Part shown: positions 48,286-56,987 of the stretch, piece by piece
How the letters are laid out: every line of letters begins with the position of its first letter
How positions within the stretch are numbered: the stretch's first letter is position 1
Origin: Burkholderiaceae bacterium
GTDB taxonomy: Bacteria; Pseudomonadota; Gammaproteobacteria; Burkholderiales; Burkholderiaceae_E
Reading direction: 5' to 3'
Length of the DNA: 64,000 nt
NCBI GenBank assembly: GCA_036525975.1
Contig: DATCZK010000001.1
Coordinates: forward strand, 5 to 64,004
Notes under the pieces: generated by a model
Told to the model about the DNA's origin: nothing
The model's input: the letters and a program-made list of their open reading frames with translations, nothing else
The model's database searches: none
Position numbers and translations under genes: made by a program

Positions 48286-48328
48286 TTCGGCGCGCGCAGG
48301 GGTTTGCCCGAATTGCGCATGCGCCGAA
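48286..48328 (+). terminator. Imperfect hairpin downstream of gluQ (possible terminator; no U-tract)
   Basis: TTCGGCGCGCGCA ... TGCGCATGCGCCGAA: 8+5 bp stem with a 2-nt bulge and a 15-nt loop. It starts 9 nt after the gluQ stop. Confidence 0.3.
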
Positions 48329-48415
48329 CGGTGTTAGATTAGCTTTGGTTGCTGGCGCGGCCATGGGTTGTTGCGCCGCACAATTTTTCACGACATTCCA
48401 GATTGGGAGACCTCG

Positions 48416-49450
48416 ATGAGCAAGAACCTCAAGATCCTCGCGAGCGCGGTGGCGGCTGCCGCCGCGATCTCGGCCGCGCCGTCGGCGCATGCCGGCAAGA
48501 CCCTCGACGCGATCAAGGCGCGCGGGCAGATCGTGTGCGGCGTGAACACGGGCCTGGCCGGCTTCTCGCAAGCCGACAGCCAGGGCAACTGGAGCGGGCT
48601 GGACGTGGACACCTGCCGCGCGATCGCGGCCGCGGTGCTGGGCGACCCGAACAAGGTGAAGTGGGTGCCCCTCACCGCGCAGCAGCGCTTCACCGCGTTG
48701 CAGTCGGGCGAGATCGACATCCTCGCGCGCAACACCACCTGGACGCTCACCCGCGACGCGTCGCTGGGAATGAACTTCACCGCCGTCACCTACTACGACG
48801 GCCAGGGCTTCATGGTGCCGACCAAGCTCAACATCAAGAGCGCCAAGCAGTTGAAGGGCGCCACGGTCTGCGTGCAGTCGGGCACCACCACCGAGAAGAA
48901 CCTCACCGACTACTCGCGCGCCAACAAGCTCGACTTCAAGCCGGTGGTGTTCGAGAAGCAGGAAGCCACCACGGGCGCGTACTTCTCGGGCCGTTGCGCG
49001 GTGCTCACCACCGACGCGTCGGGGCTGGCGTCGATCCGCACCAAGGAAGCCAAGGATCCCAAGGAGCACGTGATCCTTCCCGAACTGATCTCGAAGGAGC
49101 CGCTGGGCCCGGTCGTGCGCCGCGGTGACGACGAGTGGTTCGGGATCGCGAAGTGGGTCATCTTCGGCCTGCTCGAGGCCGAGGAGTACGGGATCACCCA
49201 GAAGAACGTCGACGAGCAGCAGAAGAACAACAAGGATCCGGTCGTGATGCGCATCCTGGGCACCTCCGAGGACACCGGCAAGCTGCTGGGCCTGGACAAG
49301 GACTGGATGGTTCGCGCGATCAAGGCCGTGGGCAACTACGGCGAGATCTTCGAGCGCAACGTGGGCCCGAAGACGGCGCTGAACCTGCCGCGCGGCGTGA
49401 ATGCGCTGTGGAACGACGGCGGGCTGATGTACGCGCCGCCGGTGCGCTGA
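48416..49450 (+). CDS. aapJ: General L-amino acid ABC transporter substrate-binding protein
   Basis: ATG at 48416 follows GGGAGA. Long matches to Rhizobium AapJ as I recall it: CGVNTGLAGF, RFTALQSGEIDILARNTTWT, VTYYDGQGFMV, CVQSGTTTE, ISKEPLGPVVRRGDDEWF, GNYGEIFERN, YAPPVR. Confidence 0.9.
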   Translation: MSKNLKILASAVAAAAAISAAPSAHAGKTLDAIKARGQIVCGVNTGLAGFSQADSQGNWSGLDVDTCRAIAAAVLGDPNKVKWVPLTAQQRFTALQSGEIDILARNTTWTLTRDASLGMNFTAVTYYDGQGFMVPTKLNIKSAKQLKGATVCVQSGTTTEKNLTDYSRANKLDFKPVVFEKQEATTGAYFSGRCAVLTTDASGLASIRTKEAKDPKEHVILPELISKEPLGPVVRRGDDEWFGIAKWVIFGLLEAEEYGITQKNVDEQQKNNKDPVVMRILGTSEDTGKLLGLDKDWMVRAIKAVGNYGEIFERNVGPKTALNLPRGVNALWNDGGLMYAPPVR

Positions 49451-49470
49451 TCCGCGGCTGAGGTAGAACC

Positions 49471-49506
49471 GCAGCAGGCGCGCCCCGACCGGGGCGCGCC
49501 TGCTGC
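49471..49506 (+). terminator. Perfect 16-bp-stem hairpin in the aapJ-aapQ spacer (intra-operon attenuator / mRNA-stabilising stem-loop)
   Basis: GCAGCAGGCGCGCCCC-GACC-GGGGCGCGCCTGCTGC lies 20 nt after the aapJ stop and is followed by TCTC (no real U-tract). The spacer to aapQ is 199 nt. Confidence 0.6.
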
Positions 49507-49649
49507 TCTCGCCCGGGCGCGCACCGCGATCCGCGCGAGGCGAACGGCGAGCGGCGGCGAGGCGATCCGGCGCGATGGGCGCCGCCCGCCCACACCAAGA
49601 ACAATCTGCGGGCGCAAGCGCCACGCCTGCCAGGGGGAGGAGACCCGCG

Positions 49650-50828
49650 ATGCCCGAACGTGCCCCGCCGAAACGGCGTGACTGGTCCTGGCGCAGCCAG
49701 GCGTTTCGCGGCCTGGTCTACCAGGTCATCGCGATCGGCCTTGTCGTGCTGGGCGTCTGGTACCTGGCGCACAACACGCTCTCGAACATGGAGGCGCGCG
49801 GAATCCAGAGCGGCTTCGGGTTCCTGGGGCAGCCGGCCGGCTTCGACATCGGCGAGACGGTGATCCCCTACGACTCGCTCGACGGGTACTGGAAGGCGTT
49901 CCTGGTCGGCATGTTGAACACGCTTCGCGTGGCGATCGTGGGGATCATCCTGGCCACGATCGTTGGCACGCTGATCGGGATCGGGCGCTTCGCGCACAAC
50001 GCGCTGGTGCGCGGCCTGTGCTACGCGTACGTGGAAACGTTCCGCAACGTGCCGGTGCTGCTCCAGTTGCTGATGTGGTACCTCACCTTCACCGAACTCC
50101 TCCCGGCCCTGGCCGACGCGCTGTCGATCGGCAAGGTGGTCTGGCTGAGCAAGCACGGCCTTTCGTTCCCGCTTCCGGTCTGGGCGCTGGGGCATGCATT
50201 GGCCGCGCTCGGGGCGCTGGCGGGGATCGTCGTGGCGATCGCCTACCGGCGCTGGGCGTTGCGGCAGTTCGAGCTCACCGGCCGGGTGCGCAGCATGGTC
50301 TGGGTGCCGCTGGCGATCGTCGCGCTCGGCGCGTTCGCCGGATGGCTCGCCGGCGGCGCGCCCAGCCAGTGGAGCGTTCCGGAGCCGACCGTGTTCACGA
50401 TGGACGGCGGCGCGTCGGCGACGCCGGAGTTCATCGCGCTGCTGCTCGGGCTCGTGTTCTACACGGCGGCGTTCATCGCCGAAGTGGTGCGCGCCGGCAT
50501 CCAGTCGGTCTCGCACGGGCAGACCGAGGCCGCGCTCAGCCTCGGCCTCACGAAGAACCAGTCGATGCGGCTGGTGATCCTGCCGCAGGCGCTGCGGGTG
50601 ATCATCCCGCCGCTCACCAGCCAGTACCTGAACCTCACGAAGAACTCGTCGCTCGCGGTGGCGATCGGCTACCCCGACGTGGTCTCGATCGCCAACACCT
50701 CGCTCAACCAGACCGGCCGGGCGGTGGAGTGCATCGCGATCATCATGCTCGTGTACCTGGCGACGTCGCTGTCCACCTCGGCGTTCATGAACTGGTACAA
50801 CGCGCGCGCCGCGATCAAGGAGCGTTGA
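49650..50828 (+). CDS. aapQ: General L-amino acid ABC transporter permease
   Basis: ATG at 49650 follows GGGGGAGGAG. It is a polytopic permease of 392 aa with the ..EAALSLGLTKNQSMRLVILPQALRVIIPPL.. EAA-loop motif. Confidence 0.88.
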   Translation: MPERAPPKRRDWSWRSQAFRGLVYQVIAIGLVVLGVWYLAHNTLSNMEARGIQSGFGFLGQPAGFDIGETVIPYDSLDGYWKAFLVGMLNTLRVAIVGIILATIVGTLIGIGRFAHNALVRGLCYAYVETFRNVPVLLQLLMWYLTFTELLPALADALSIGKVVWLSKHGLSFPLPVWALGHALAALGALAGIVVAIAYRRWALRQFELTGRVRSMVWVPLAIVALGAFAGWLAGGAPSQWSVPEPTVFTMDGGASATPEFIALLLGLVFYTAAFIAEVVRAGIQSVSHGQTEAALSLGLTKNQSMRLVILPQALRVIIPPLTSQYLNLTKNSSLAVAIGYPDVVSIANTSLNQTGRAVECIAIIMLVYLATSLSTSAFMNWYNARAAIKER

Positions 50829-50829
50829 G

Positions 50830-51933
50830 ATGAGCGCCGTGTTCGAGCCGATCGCGCCGCGCGAGGCGCCCGTGAAGACCGAGGGCTTCGTGCCCTGGGT
50901 GCGCGCAAACCTGTTCGGCGACCTCAGGAGCATCATCGCCACCGTGGCGCTGATCGTGCTGGCGATCGCCTACATCCCGGGGCTCGTCGAATGGGCGATC
51001 GTGCACGCGGTGGCTCGCCCCGACGCCGACGCCTGCCAGGCCGCGCGCGGCACCGGTGCTTGCTGGGGCGTGGTGAGCGAGAAGTACCGCTTCATCATCT
51101 TCGGGCGCTACCCGTACGCAGACCAGTGGCGGCCGCTGCTGGCCACCGTGCTGCTGCTCGGGCTGCTGATGCTCAGCTGCATGCGCGTGTTCTGGAAGCC
51201 GTGGCTCGCGGCGCTGTGGGTGGCGGTGGTGGGCGCCTTCATGGTGCTGATGGGCGGCGGCTGGTTCGGGCTCGCGCCGGTGTCCACCGACCAGTGGGGC
51301 GGGCTGCCGCTCACGATCATGCTGGCGGCGCTGGGCATCGTGCTGGCCTTCCCGCTGTCGGTGGTGGTGGCGCTGGGGCGCCGCTCGCACCTTCCGGCGA
51401 TCCGCACCGTGTGCGTCTTCTACGTGGAGCTGATCCGCGGCGTGCCGCTGATCTCGGTGCTGTTCATGGCCTCGTTCATGTTCCCGCTGTTCATGCCGGT
51501 GGGCAAGTCGCCCGACGTGCTGATCCGGGTGCTGGTCGGGATCACGCTGTTCGCCGCCGCCTACCTCGCCGAGACGGTGCGCGGGGGCTTGCAGGCGATC
51601 CCGAAGGGCCAGATCGAGGCGGCGCAGTCGCTCGGGCTCAGCTACTGGCAGACGCAGCGCAAGATCGTGCTGCCGCAGGCGCTGGCGATGGTCGTGCCGG
51701 GCATCATGAACATCTTCATCGGCATCTTCAAGGACACGTCGCTGGTGACGATCGTGAGCCTGTACGAGCTCACCGGGGCGCTGAGCCTCGCGCTCAATTC
51801 GGACGCGGACTGGCGGCCGTTCAAGCTCGAGGGCTACTTATTCATCACGCTGATCTACTTCATCTGCTGCTTCTCGATGTCGCGCTACAGCCTGTGGATC
51901 GAAAAGCAGGTCTCGGTGAGCAAGACCCGATAG
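50830..51933 (+). CDS. aapM: General L-amino acid ABC transporter permease
   Basis: 367 aa with ..[29 protein letters not shown].. (EAA loop). It starts 1 nt after the aapQ stop. Confidence 0.9.
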   Translation: MSAVFEPIAPREAPVKTEGFVPWVRANLFGDLRSIIATVALIVLAIAYIPGLVEWAIVHAVARPDADACQAARGTGACWGVVSEKYRFIIFGRYPYADQWRPLLATVLLLGLLMLSCMRVFWKPWLAALWVAVVGAFMVLMGGGWFGLAPVSTDQWGGLPLTIMLAALGIVLAFPLSVVVALGRRSHLPAIRTVCVFYVELIRGVPLISVLFMASFMFPLFMPVGKSPDVLIRVLVGITLFAAAYLAETVRGGLQAIPKGQIEAAQSLGLSYWQTQRKIVLPQALAMVVPGIMNIFIGIFKDTSLVTIVSLYELTGALSLALNSDADWRPFKLEGYLFITLIYFICCFSMSRYSLWIEKQVSVSKTR

Positions 51934-51943
51934 GAACCGTGCC

Positions 51944-52687
51944 ATGAGCGAATACATCATCGAATTCCAGAAGCTGAACAAGTGGTACGGCAACAACTTC
52001 CACGTGCTGCGCGACATCGACCTGCAGGTGCGCGCGGGCGAGCGGATCGTGATCTGCGGCCCCTCGGGGTCGGGCAAGTCGACGCTGATCCGCTGCATCA
52101 ACCGCCTCGAGGAGCACCAGGAAGGCCGGCTGGTGGTGGACGGCACCGAGCTCACCGACGACGTCAAGGCCATCGACAAGGTGCGCAAGCAGGTCGGCAT
52201 GGTGTTCCAGCAGTTCAACCTGTTTCCGCACCTCACCGTGCTCGAGAACCTGACGCTCTCGCCGATGTGGGTGGGGAACACGCCGAAGAAGGAGGCCGAG
52301 AAGCGCGCGATGCAGCAGCTCGAGCGCGTGCGCATCGCCGAGCAGGCGCAGAAGTACCCGCTGCAGCTCTCGGGCGGTCAGCAGCAGCGCGTGGCGATCG
52401 CCCGCGCGCTGTGCCTCACGCCGAAGATCATGCTGTTCGACGAGCCCACCTCGGCGCTCGACCCGGAGATGATCAAGGAGGTGCTCGACGTGATGATCGA
52501 GCTCGCGAACCAGGGCATCACGATGCTGTGCGTCACGCACGAGATGGCCTTCGCCAAGGCCGTGGCCGACCGCGTGATCTTCATGGACATGGGGCAGATC
52601 GTGGAGGAGAACAACCCCCACGCCTTCTTCGACAACCCGCAGAACGAGCGCACCAAAGACTTCCTGTCGAAGATCCTCGGGCACTGA
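51944..52687 (+). CDS. aapP: Amino acid ABC transporter ATP-binding protein
   Basis: 247 aa with [24 protein letters not shown] and [13 protein letters not shown]. Confidence 0.93.
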   Translation: MSEYIIEFQKLNKWYGNNFHVLRDIDLQVRAGERIVICGPSGSGKSTLIRCINRLEEHQEGRLVVDGTELTDDVKAIDKVRKQVGMVFQQFNLFPHLTVLENLTLSPMWVGNTPKKEAEKRAMQQLERVRIAEQAQKYPLQLSGGQQQRVAIARALCLTPKIMLFDEPTSALDPEMIKEVLDVMIELANQGITMLCVTHEMAFAKAVADRVIFMDMGQIVEENNPHAFFDNPQNERTKDFLSKILGH

Positions 52688-52739
52688 CCCGGGCGCTGAC
52701 CCGGGCGCTGACCCGGACGCTGACCCGGGCGCTGACGCC
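52684..52739. repeat. 12-bp tandem repeat CTGACCCGGGCG x4 plus a partial fifth unit, which begins at the aapP stop codon
   Basis: Units at 52684, 52696, 52708 (one G>A change), 52720 and a partial unit at 52732. Each unit contains TGA in the aapP reading frame and a CCCGGG palindrome. Confidence 0.9.
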
Positions 52740-52781
52740 ACGCGGCGCGCCGCCGCCCGCGGCCCGCGCCCGGCGCCCCGT

Positions 52782-54230
52782 TCAGGCCTTCCTGCCGCCC
52801 AGGAGAGCCGGCACCGACTTCGCGCTGCGCTTTCGCGCGGCGCCGCCCTGCGAGGCAACCGGCTCGGGCTGGCTCTGCGCGTTCTCGTCGGGCACGTAGG
52901 GCTTGAAGAAGAACGGGTCGCTCGAGGTGCCCGGCACGCCGCTCCCGCCGCGCGGGCCGCGCGGCGCGTCGCGACGCGATCGCGCGGCGGTTTCGTCGCG
53001 GCGACCCCGCGGCGCGTCGTCTTCGCGGCGCGGCCGCGCCGGCGCCTCGTCGTCTCGCCTGGGCCGCGCGCGGCGCGCGCTGTCGGCGCCGCGGCCGATG
53101 CGCTCCATGGGGAGCTCTCGCTTGAGCAGCTTCTGGATCTCGTTGAGCAGCCGCTCGTCCTCGCCCGTCATCAGCGACAGCGCCACGCCGCTCGCGCCGG
53201 CGCGCCCGGTGCGCCCGATGCGGTGAATGTAGTCTTCGGGCGCGTAGGGCAGGTCGTAGTTGATCACTGCCGGCAGCTCCACGATGTCGAGCCCGCGCGC
53301 CGCCACGTCGGTGGCCACCAGCACGGCGATCTCGCCCTTCTTGAACGCCTCGAGCGTGGCCAGGCGCTCCTGCTGCGACTTGTCGCCGTGGATCGCGTTG
53401 GCGTTCAGGCCGTCTTGTTCGAGCTGGCGCGCCAGCCGGCTCGCCCCGATCTTGGTGTTGGTGAACACGATCACCTGCGAGAGCTCGCGCTCGCGCACGA
53501 GCTGGGCCACCGCGGCGCGCTTGGCGTCCGGGCCGTCGACCCGGAACACGATCTGCTCCACCATCTCGGCCGCGGCGTTGCGCGGGGCGACCTCCACCGA
53601 GATCGGGTCGGTGAGGAAGCTCTGGGCGAGCTTGCGGATGTCCGAGGAGAAAGTGGCCGAGAACATCAGGTTCTGGCGCGACTTCGGCAGCAGGTTGATG
53701 ATGCGCTGGATGTCGGGCAGGAAGCCCATGTCGAGCATGCGGTCGGCCTCGTCCATGACGAAGATCTCGACCTGCGACAGGTTCACGGTGCGCTGCTCCA
53801 CGTGATCGAGCAGCCGCCCCGGCGTGGCGATCAGCATCTCGCAGCCCGCGCGCATGGCCGCGAGCTGCGGCTTGATGTCTACGCCGCCGAACACCACCGC
53901 GCTCTTGAGGCTGGTGTGCCTGGCGTATTCCGCCACGTTCACGTAGATCTGGTCGGCCAGCTCCCGCGTGGGGGCGATGATCAGCGCGCGCACCGGATGG
54001 CGCGCGGGCGAGGCGCTGGCGTTGGCGTGCGGCAGCAGCCGTTGCAGGATGGGCAGCGCGAATCCGGCCGTCTTGCCGGTGCCGGTCTGGGCCGCGCCCA
54101 TCACGTCGCGCCCCATCAGCACGAGCGGTATCGCCTTGGCCTGGATCGGCGTGGGCTCGCGGTAGCCAAGCTCGGCCACCGCGCGCTGAATGGGCTCTGC
54201 GAGCGCGAAGTCGTTGAATGAATTGCTCAA
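52782..54230 (-). CDS. rhlE: ATP-dependent DEAD-box RNA helicase
   Basis: 482 aa. It has a Q-motif region (FNDFALAEPIQRAV..PTPIQ), AQTGTGKT, DEAD, SAT and HRIGRTGRAG. The C-terminal tail is Arg/Asp-rich. Confidence 0.92.
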   Translation of the reverse strand: MSNSFNDFALAEPIQRAVAELGYREPTPIQAKAIPLVLMGRDVMGAAQTGTGKTAGFALPILQRLLPHANASASPARHPVRALIIAPTRELADQIYVNVAEYARHTSLKSAVVFGGVDIKPQLAAMRAGCEMLIATPGRLLDHVEQRTVNLSQVEIFVMDEADRMLDMGFLPDIQRIINLLPKSRQNLMFSATFSSDIRKLAQSFLTDPISVEVAPRNAAAEMVEQIVFRVDGPDAKRAAVAQLVRERELSQVIVFTNTKIGASRLARQLEQDGLNANAIHGDKSQQERLATLEAFKKGEIAVLVATDVAARGLDIVELPAVINYDLPYAPEDYIHRIGRTGRAGASGVALSLMTGEDERLLNEIQKLLKRELPMERIGRGADSARRARPRRDDEAPARPRREDDAPRGRRDETAARSRRDAPRGPRGGSGVPGTSSDPFFFKPYVPDENAQSQPEPVASQGGAARKRSAKSVPALLGGRKA

Positions 54231-54305
54231 ATGTCTTTTTGTCCTGGCTCGACGCCTAAAGTCTCGGGAAATGTTCCCAACCCTCTATTGTCCCCCTTTC
54301 GAGGC

Positions 54306-54322
54306 TTTGTGCAAAGCACAAA
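54306..54322. promoter_or_regulatory. Palindrome TTTGTGC-AAA-GCACAAA in the rhlE/fadD divergent region (candidate operator or 5'-UTR stem)
   Basis: Perfect 7-bp arms around AAA, in the AT-richer part of the 176-bp intergenic region. It lies 76-92 nt upstream of the rhlE start and 85-101 nt upstream of the fadD start. Confidence 0.3.
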
Positions 54323-54406
54323 TCCGCCGGCCGCCCCGGGCGGTGGCCGACGCCGGGCTGCGCGATAATCGCCGGGGCCCGGCAGGAACCCGGGCGAGGA
54401 GCGGCC

Positions 54407-56041
54407 ATGAGCAGCAGGCACTGGCTCGCCGGTTACGGCGAGATCCCGGCCGAAGTCGACGTGCGGGCGTTTTCTTCGGTGACCGCGATGATGGAAGACG
54501 CGATGCGCCGCTTCGCCGACAGGCCGGCGATGCGATGCGCGGGCCTCACGCTCACCTACGCCGACCTCGACCGCCTGTCGCGCGACTTCGCCGCCTTCCT
54601 GCAGAACGAGCTCGGCGTGAAGAAGGGCGAGCGGATCGCGGTGATGACGCCGAACCTGCTCGCGTTCCCGATCGCGTTCCTGGGCATCGTCCGGGCGGGG
54701 GCCGCGCAGGCCAACGTGAACCCGCTGTACACGCCGCGCGAGCTCGAGCACCAGTTGAACGACGCGGGCGTGGAAACGATCGTCGTGTTCAGCGGCGTGT
54801 CGTCGACGGTGGCCGAGGTGATCGGCAAGACGAAGGTGAAGACCGTGATCACGAGCGGCGTGGGCGACGGCAGCGGTGCGAACGTTCCGAGCCCGCCGGT
54901 GGACGCCCGCCTCGGCAACGCGATCAGCCTCACCGACGCACTCGCGCGGGGCGCAAAGCTGCCCTTCACGCCGGTGGAGTCGAGCCTGGACGATCTCCTG
55001 TTCCTGCAGTACACCGGCGGCACGACGGGGCTGTCCAAGGGGGCCGCGCTCTCGCACGGCAACCTGGTGGCCAACGTCGCGCAGTTCAAGGCCTTCATGC
55101 CGGGCGCGATGCGCGATGGCAAGGAGGCGATCGTGACCGCGATCCCGCTCTATCACATCTTCGCGCTGATGGTGAACTTCATCACCTACTTCACGGTGGG
55201 CGCCGAGAACTGGCTGGTGCCGAACCCGCGCGACTTCGACAGCTTGCTCGCCACGCTCAGGGCCGCCAGGCCCTCGGTGTTCATGGGCGTGAACACGCTC
55301 TACGCGGGGCTCGTCGCGCACCCGGGCAGCAGGGAGGTGGACTGGTCGAACCTGCGGCTCGCCGGCGGCGGCGGCGCAGCCGTGATCAAGGCCGTGTCGG
55401 ACAAGTGGGAGGCGCTCACCGGCACCTTCATCCGCGAGGGCTACGGCTTGTCCGAAACCGGCCCGGTGCTGAGCTTCAACCCGATCTTCGTGCGGGAGTT
55501 CAACAGCACCACCGGCCTGCCGCTGCCCTCCACCGACATCAAGCTGCTCGACGAGCAAGGCAACGAAGTCGCGCTGGGCGAGGCGGGCGAGATCTGCGCC
55601 AAAGGCCCCCAGGTGATGAAGGGCTACTGGCGGCAGCCCGAGGCCACCCGGGCGGCGTTCACCGACGACGGCTATTTCCGCACCGGCGACATCGGCCAGT
55701 TCGACGCGCGCGGCAACCTCAGGATCGTGGACCGCAAGAAGGACATGATCCTGGTGTCGGGCTTCAACGTGTACCCCAACGAGATCGAGGCGGTGGCCAC
55801 CGCGTGCCCGGGCGTGGCCGAGTGCGCGTGCGTGGGCGTGCCCGACGAGAAGACCGGCGAGGCGGCGAAGCTGTTCGTGGTGAAGGCCCCCGGCGCTCGG
55901 CTCACCGAGGCCGAGCTGATCGCCCACTGCCGCAGGGAACTCGCCGGGTACAAGGTGCCGAAGGTCGTGCGCTTCATCGAGGCGCTGCCCAAGTCCACGG
56001 TGGGCAAGATCCTGCGCCGCGAGCTGCGCGACGCGGCCTGA
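54407..56041 (+). CDS. fadD: Long-chain-fatty-acid--CoA ligase (AMP-binding family)
   Basis: 544 aa with a GAGGAG RBS. It has LQYTGGTTGLSKGAALSH (AMP-binding motif), GYGLSET, TGDIG and ..LPKSTVGKILRREL. Confidence 0.9.
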   Translation: MSSRHWLAGYGEIPAEVDVRAFSSVTAMMEDAMRRFADRPAMRCAGLTLTYADLDRLSRDFAAFLQNELGVKKGERIAVMTPNLLAFPIAFLGIVRAGAAQANVNPLYTPRELEHQLNDAGVETIVVFSGVSSTVAEVIGKTKVKTVITSGVGDGSGANVPSPPVDARLGNAISLTDALARGAKLPFTPVESSLDDLLFLQYTGGTTGLSKGAALSHGNLVANVAQFKAFMPGAMRDGKEAIVTAIPLYHIFALMVNFITYFTVGAENWLVPNPRDFDSLLATLRAARPSVFMGVNTLYAGLVAHPGSREVDWSNLRLAGGGGAAVIKAVSDKWEALTGTFIREGYGLSETGPVLSFNPIFVREFNSTTGLPLPSTDIKLLDEQGNEVALGEAGEICAKGPQVMKGYWRQPEATRAAFTDDGYFRTGDIGQFDARGNLRIVDRKKDMILVSGFNVYPNEIEAVATACPGVAECACVGVPDEKTGEAAKLFVVKAPGARLTEAELIAHCRRELAGYKVPKVVRFIEALPKSTVGKILRRELRDAA

Positions 56042-56051
56042 GCGCGAGCGC

Positions 56052-56987
56052 TCAGCGCCCCCAGCGCAGCACCAGCGGGTCGAGCCGGCGCGCGGTCTCG
56101 AGCAGCCCCGCGCGCACCGCCGCGCCCATCGGCGCGAACGGGTGCCGCCCGGCGTCGCAGTCGATCACCCCGCCCTCCTTCATCAGCGCTTTCGCGGCCA
56201 GCAGGCCGCCCTGGCGGTTCTCGAAGTTGATCAGCGGCAGCCAGCGCGCGTAGGCCTCGACCGCCTCGTCGCGCCGGCCCGCGAGGTGCGCGTCGACGAT
56301 CGTGCGGATGCCGTCGGGGTAACCGCCGCCGGTCATCGCGCCGCTCGCGCCCGCGTCGAGGTCGGCCAGCAGCGTGATCCCTTCCTCGCCGTCCCAGGGG
56401 CCCTCGATCGCGTCGCCGCCGAGCGCGATCAGTTCGCGCAGCTTGGACGCTGCGGCCGCGGTCTCGATCTTGAAGTAGGCCACGTGCTCGATCTCGCGCG
56501 CCATGCGCGCGAGCAGCGGCGCGCCCAGCACCGTGCCGCTCACCGGCGCGTCCTGGATCATGATCGGGATGCGCAGCGCGTCGGAGAGGCGCGCGAAGAA
56601 CTCCACGATGCGCTCCTCGCCCGCGCGGATCGTCGCGCCGTGATAGGGCGGCATCACCATCACCATCGCGGCGCCCATCGCCTGCGCGCGGCGGCTGCGC
56701 TCGGCGCACACGCGGGTGGCGAAATGCGTGGTGGTGACGATCACCGGCACGCGCCCGGACACGTGCTCGAGAATGGCGCGCGCGAGCACCTCGCGCTCGT
56801 CGTCCGCGAGCGCGAACTGCTCGGAGTAGTTGGCGAGGATGCACAGGCCGTGCGAGCCGGCCTCGATCATGAAGTCCACGCAGCGCTTCTGGCTGGCGAG
56901 GTCGAGCTCGCCCGACTCGGTGAAGGTGGTGGGCACGACCGGGAACACGCCCCGGTAGCGAGGATTCGAGCGGCCGTGATCGGTCAT
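56052..56987 (-). CDS. Dihydrodipicolinate synthase-family (class I aldolase / dehydratase) protein
   Basis: Real part of track ORF 56052..58727. MTDHGRSNPRYRGVFPVVPTTFTESGELDLASQKRCVDFMIEAGSHGLCILANYSEQFAL.. ; YFKIE contains the Schiff-base Lys region; 311 aa. Its ATG overlaps the upstream stop (ATGA). Confidence 0.88.
   Translation of the reverse strand: MTDHGRSNPRYRGVFPVVPTTFTESGELDLASQKRCVDFMIEAGSHGLCILANYSEQFALADDEREVLARAILEHVSGRVPVIVTTTHFATRVCAERSRRAQAMGAAMVMVMPPYHGATIRAGEERIVEFFARLSDALRIPIMIQDAPVSGTVLGAPLLARMAREIEHVAYFKIETAAAASKLRELIALGGDAIEGPWDGEEGITLLADLDAGASGAMTGGGYPDGIRTIVDAHLAGRRDEAVEAYARWLPLINFENRQGGLLAAKALMKEGGVIDCDAGRHPFAPMGAAVRAGLLETARRLDPLVLRWGR

Noticed and set aside
48330-48415. 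Sigma-54 type promoter (TGGCGC...TTGC) upstream of aapJ
   Set aside because: The GG and GC dinucleotides are not at the required 10-nt separation in any register I tried, so this is only a superficial resemblance.
52684-52739. Possibility that the 12-bp repeat array is a CRISPR or a coding Pro/Gly/Ser-Ala repeat
   Set aside because: The units are contiguous with no spacers and far too short for CRISPR. The array lies between two stop codons (aapP at 52685, rhlE at 52782), so the LTRALTRA / PGSAPGSA translations belong to spurious ORFs.
56039-56054. Palindrome TGAGCGC-GA-GCGCTCA containing the stop codons of the convergent fadD and DHDPS-family genes, as a possible bidirectional terminator
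   Set aside because: A 2-nt loop cannot form a stable hairpin. The symmetry is largely forced by the two facing stop codons.
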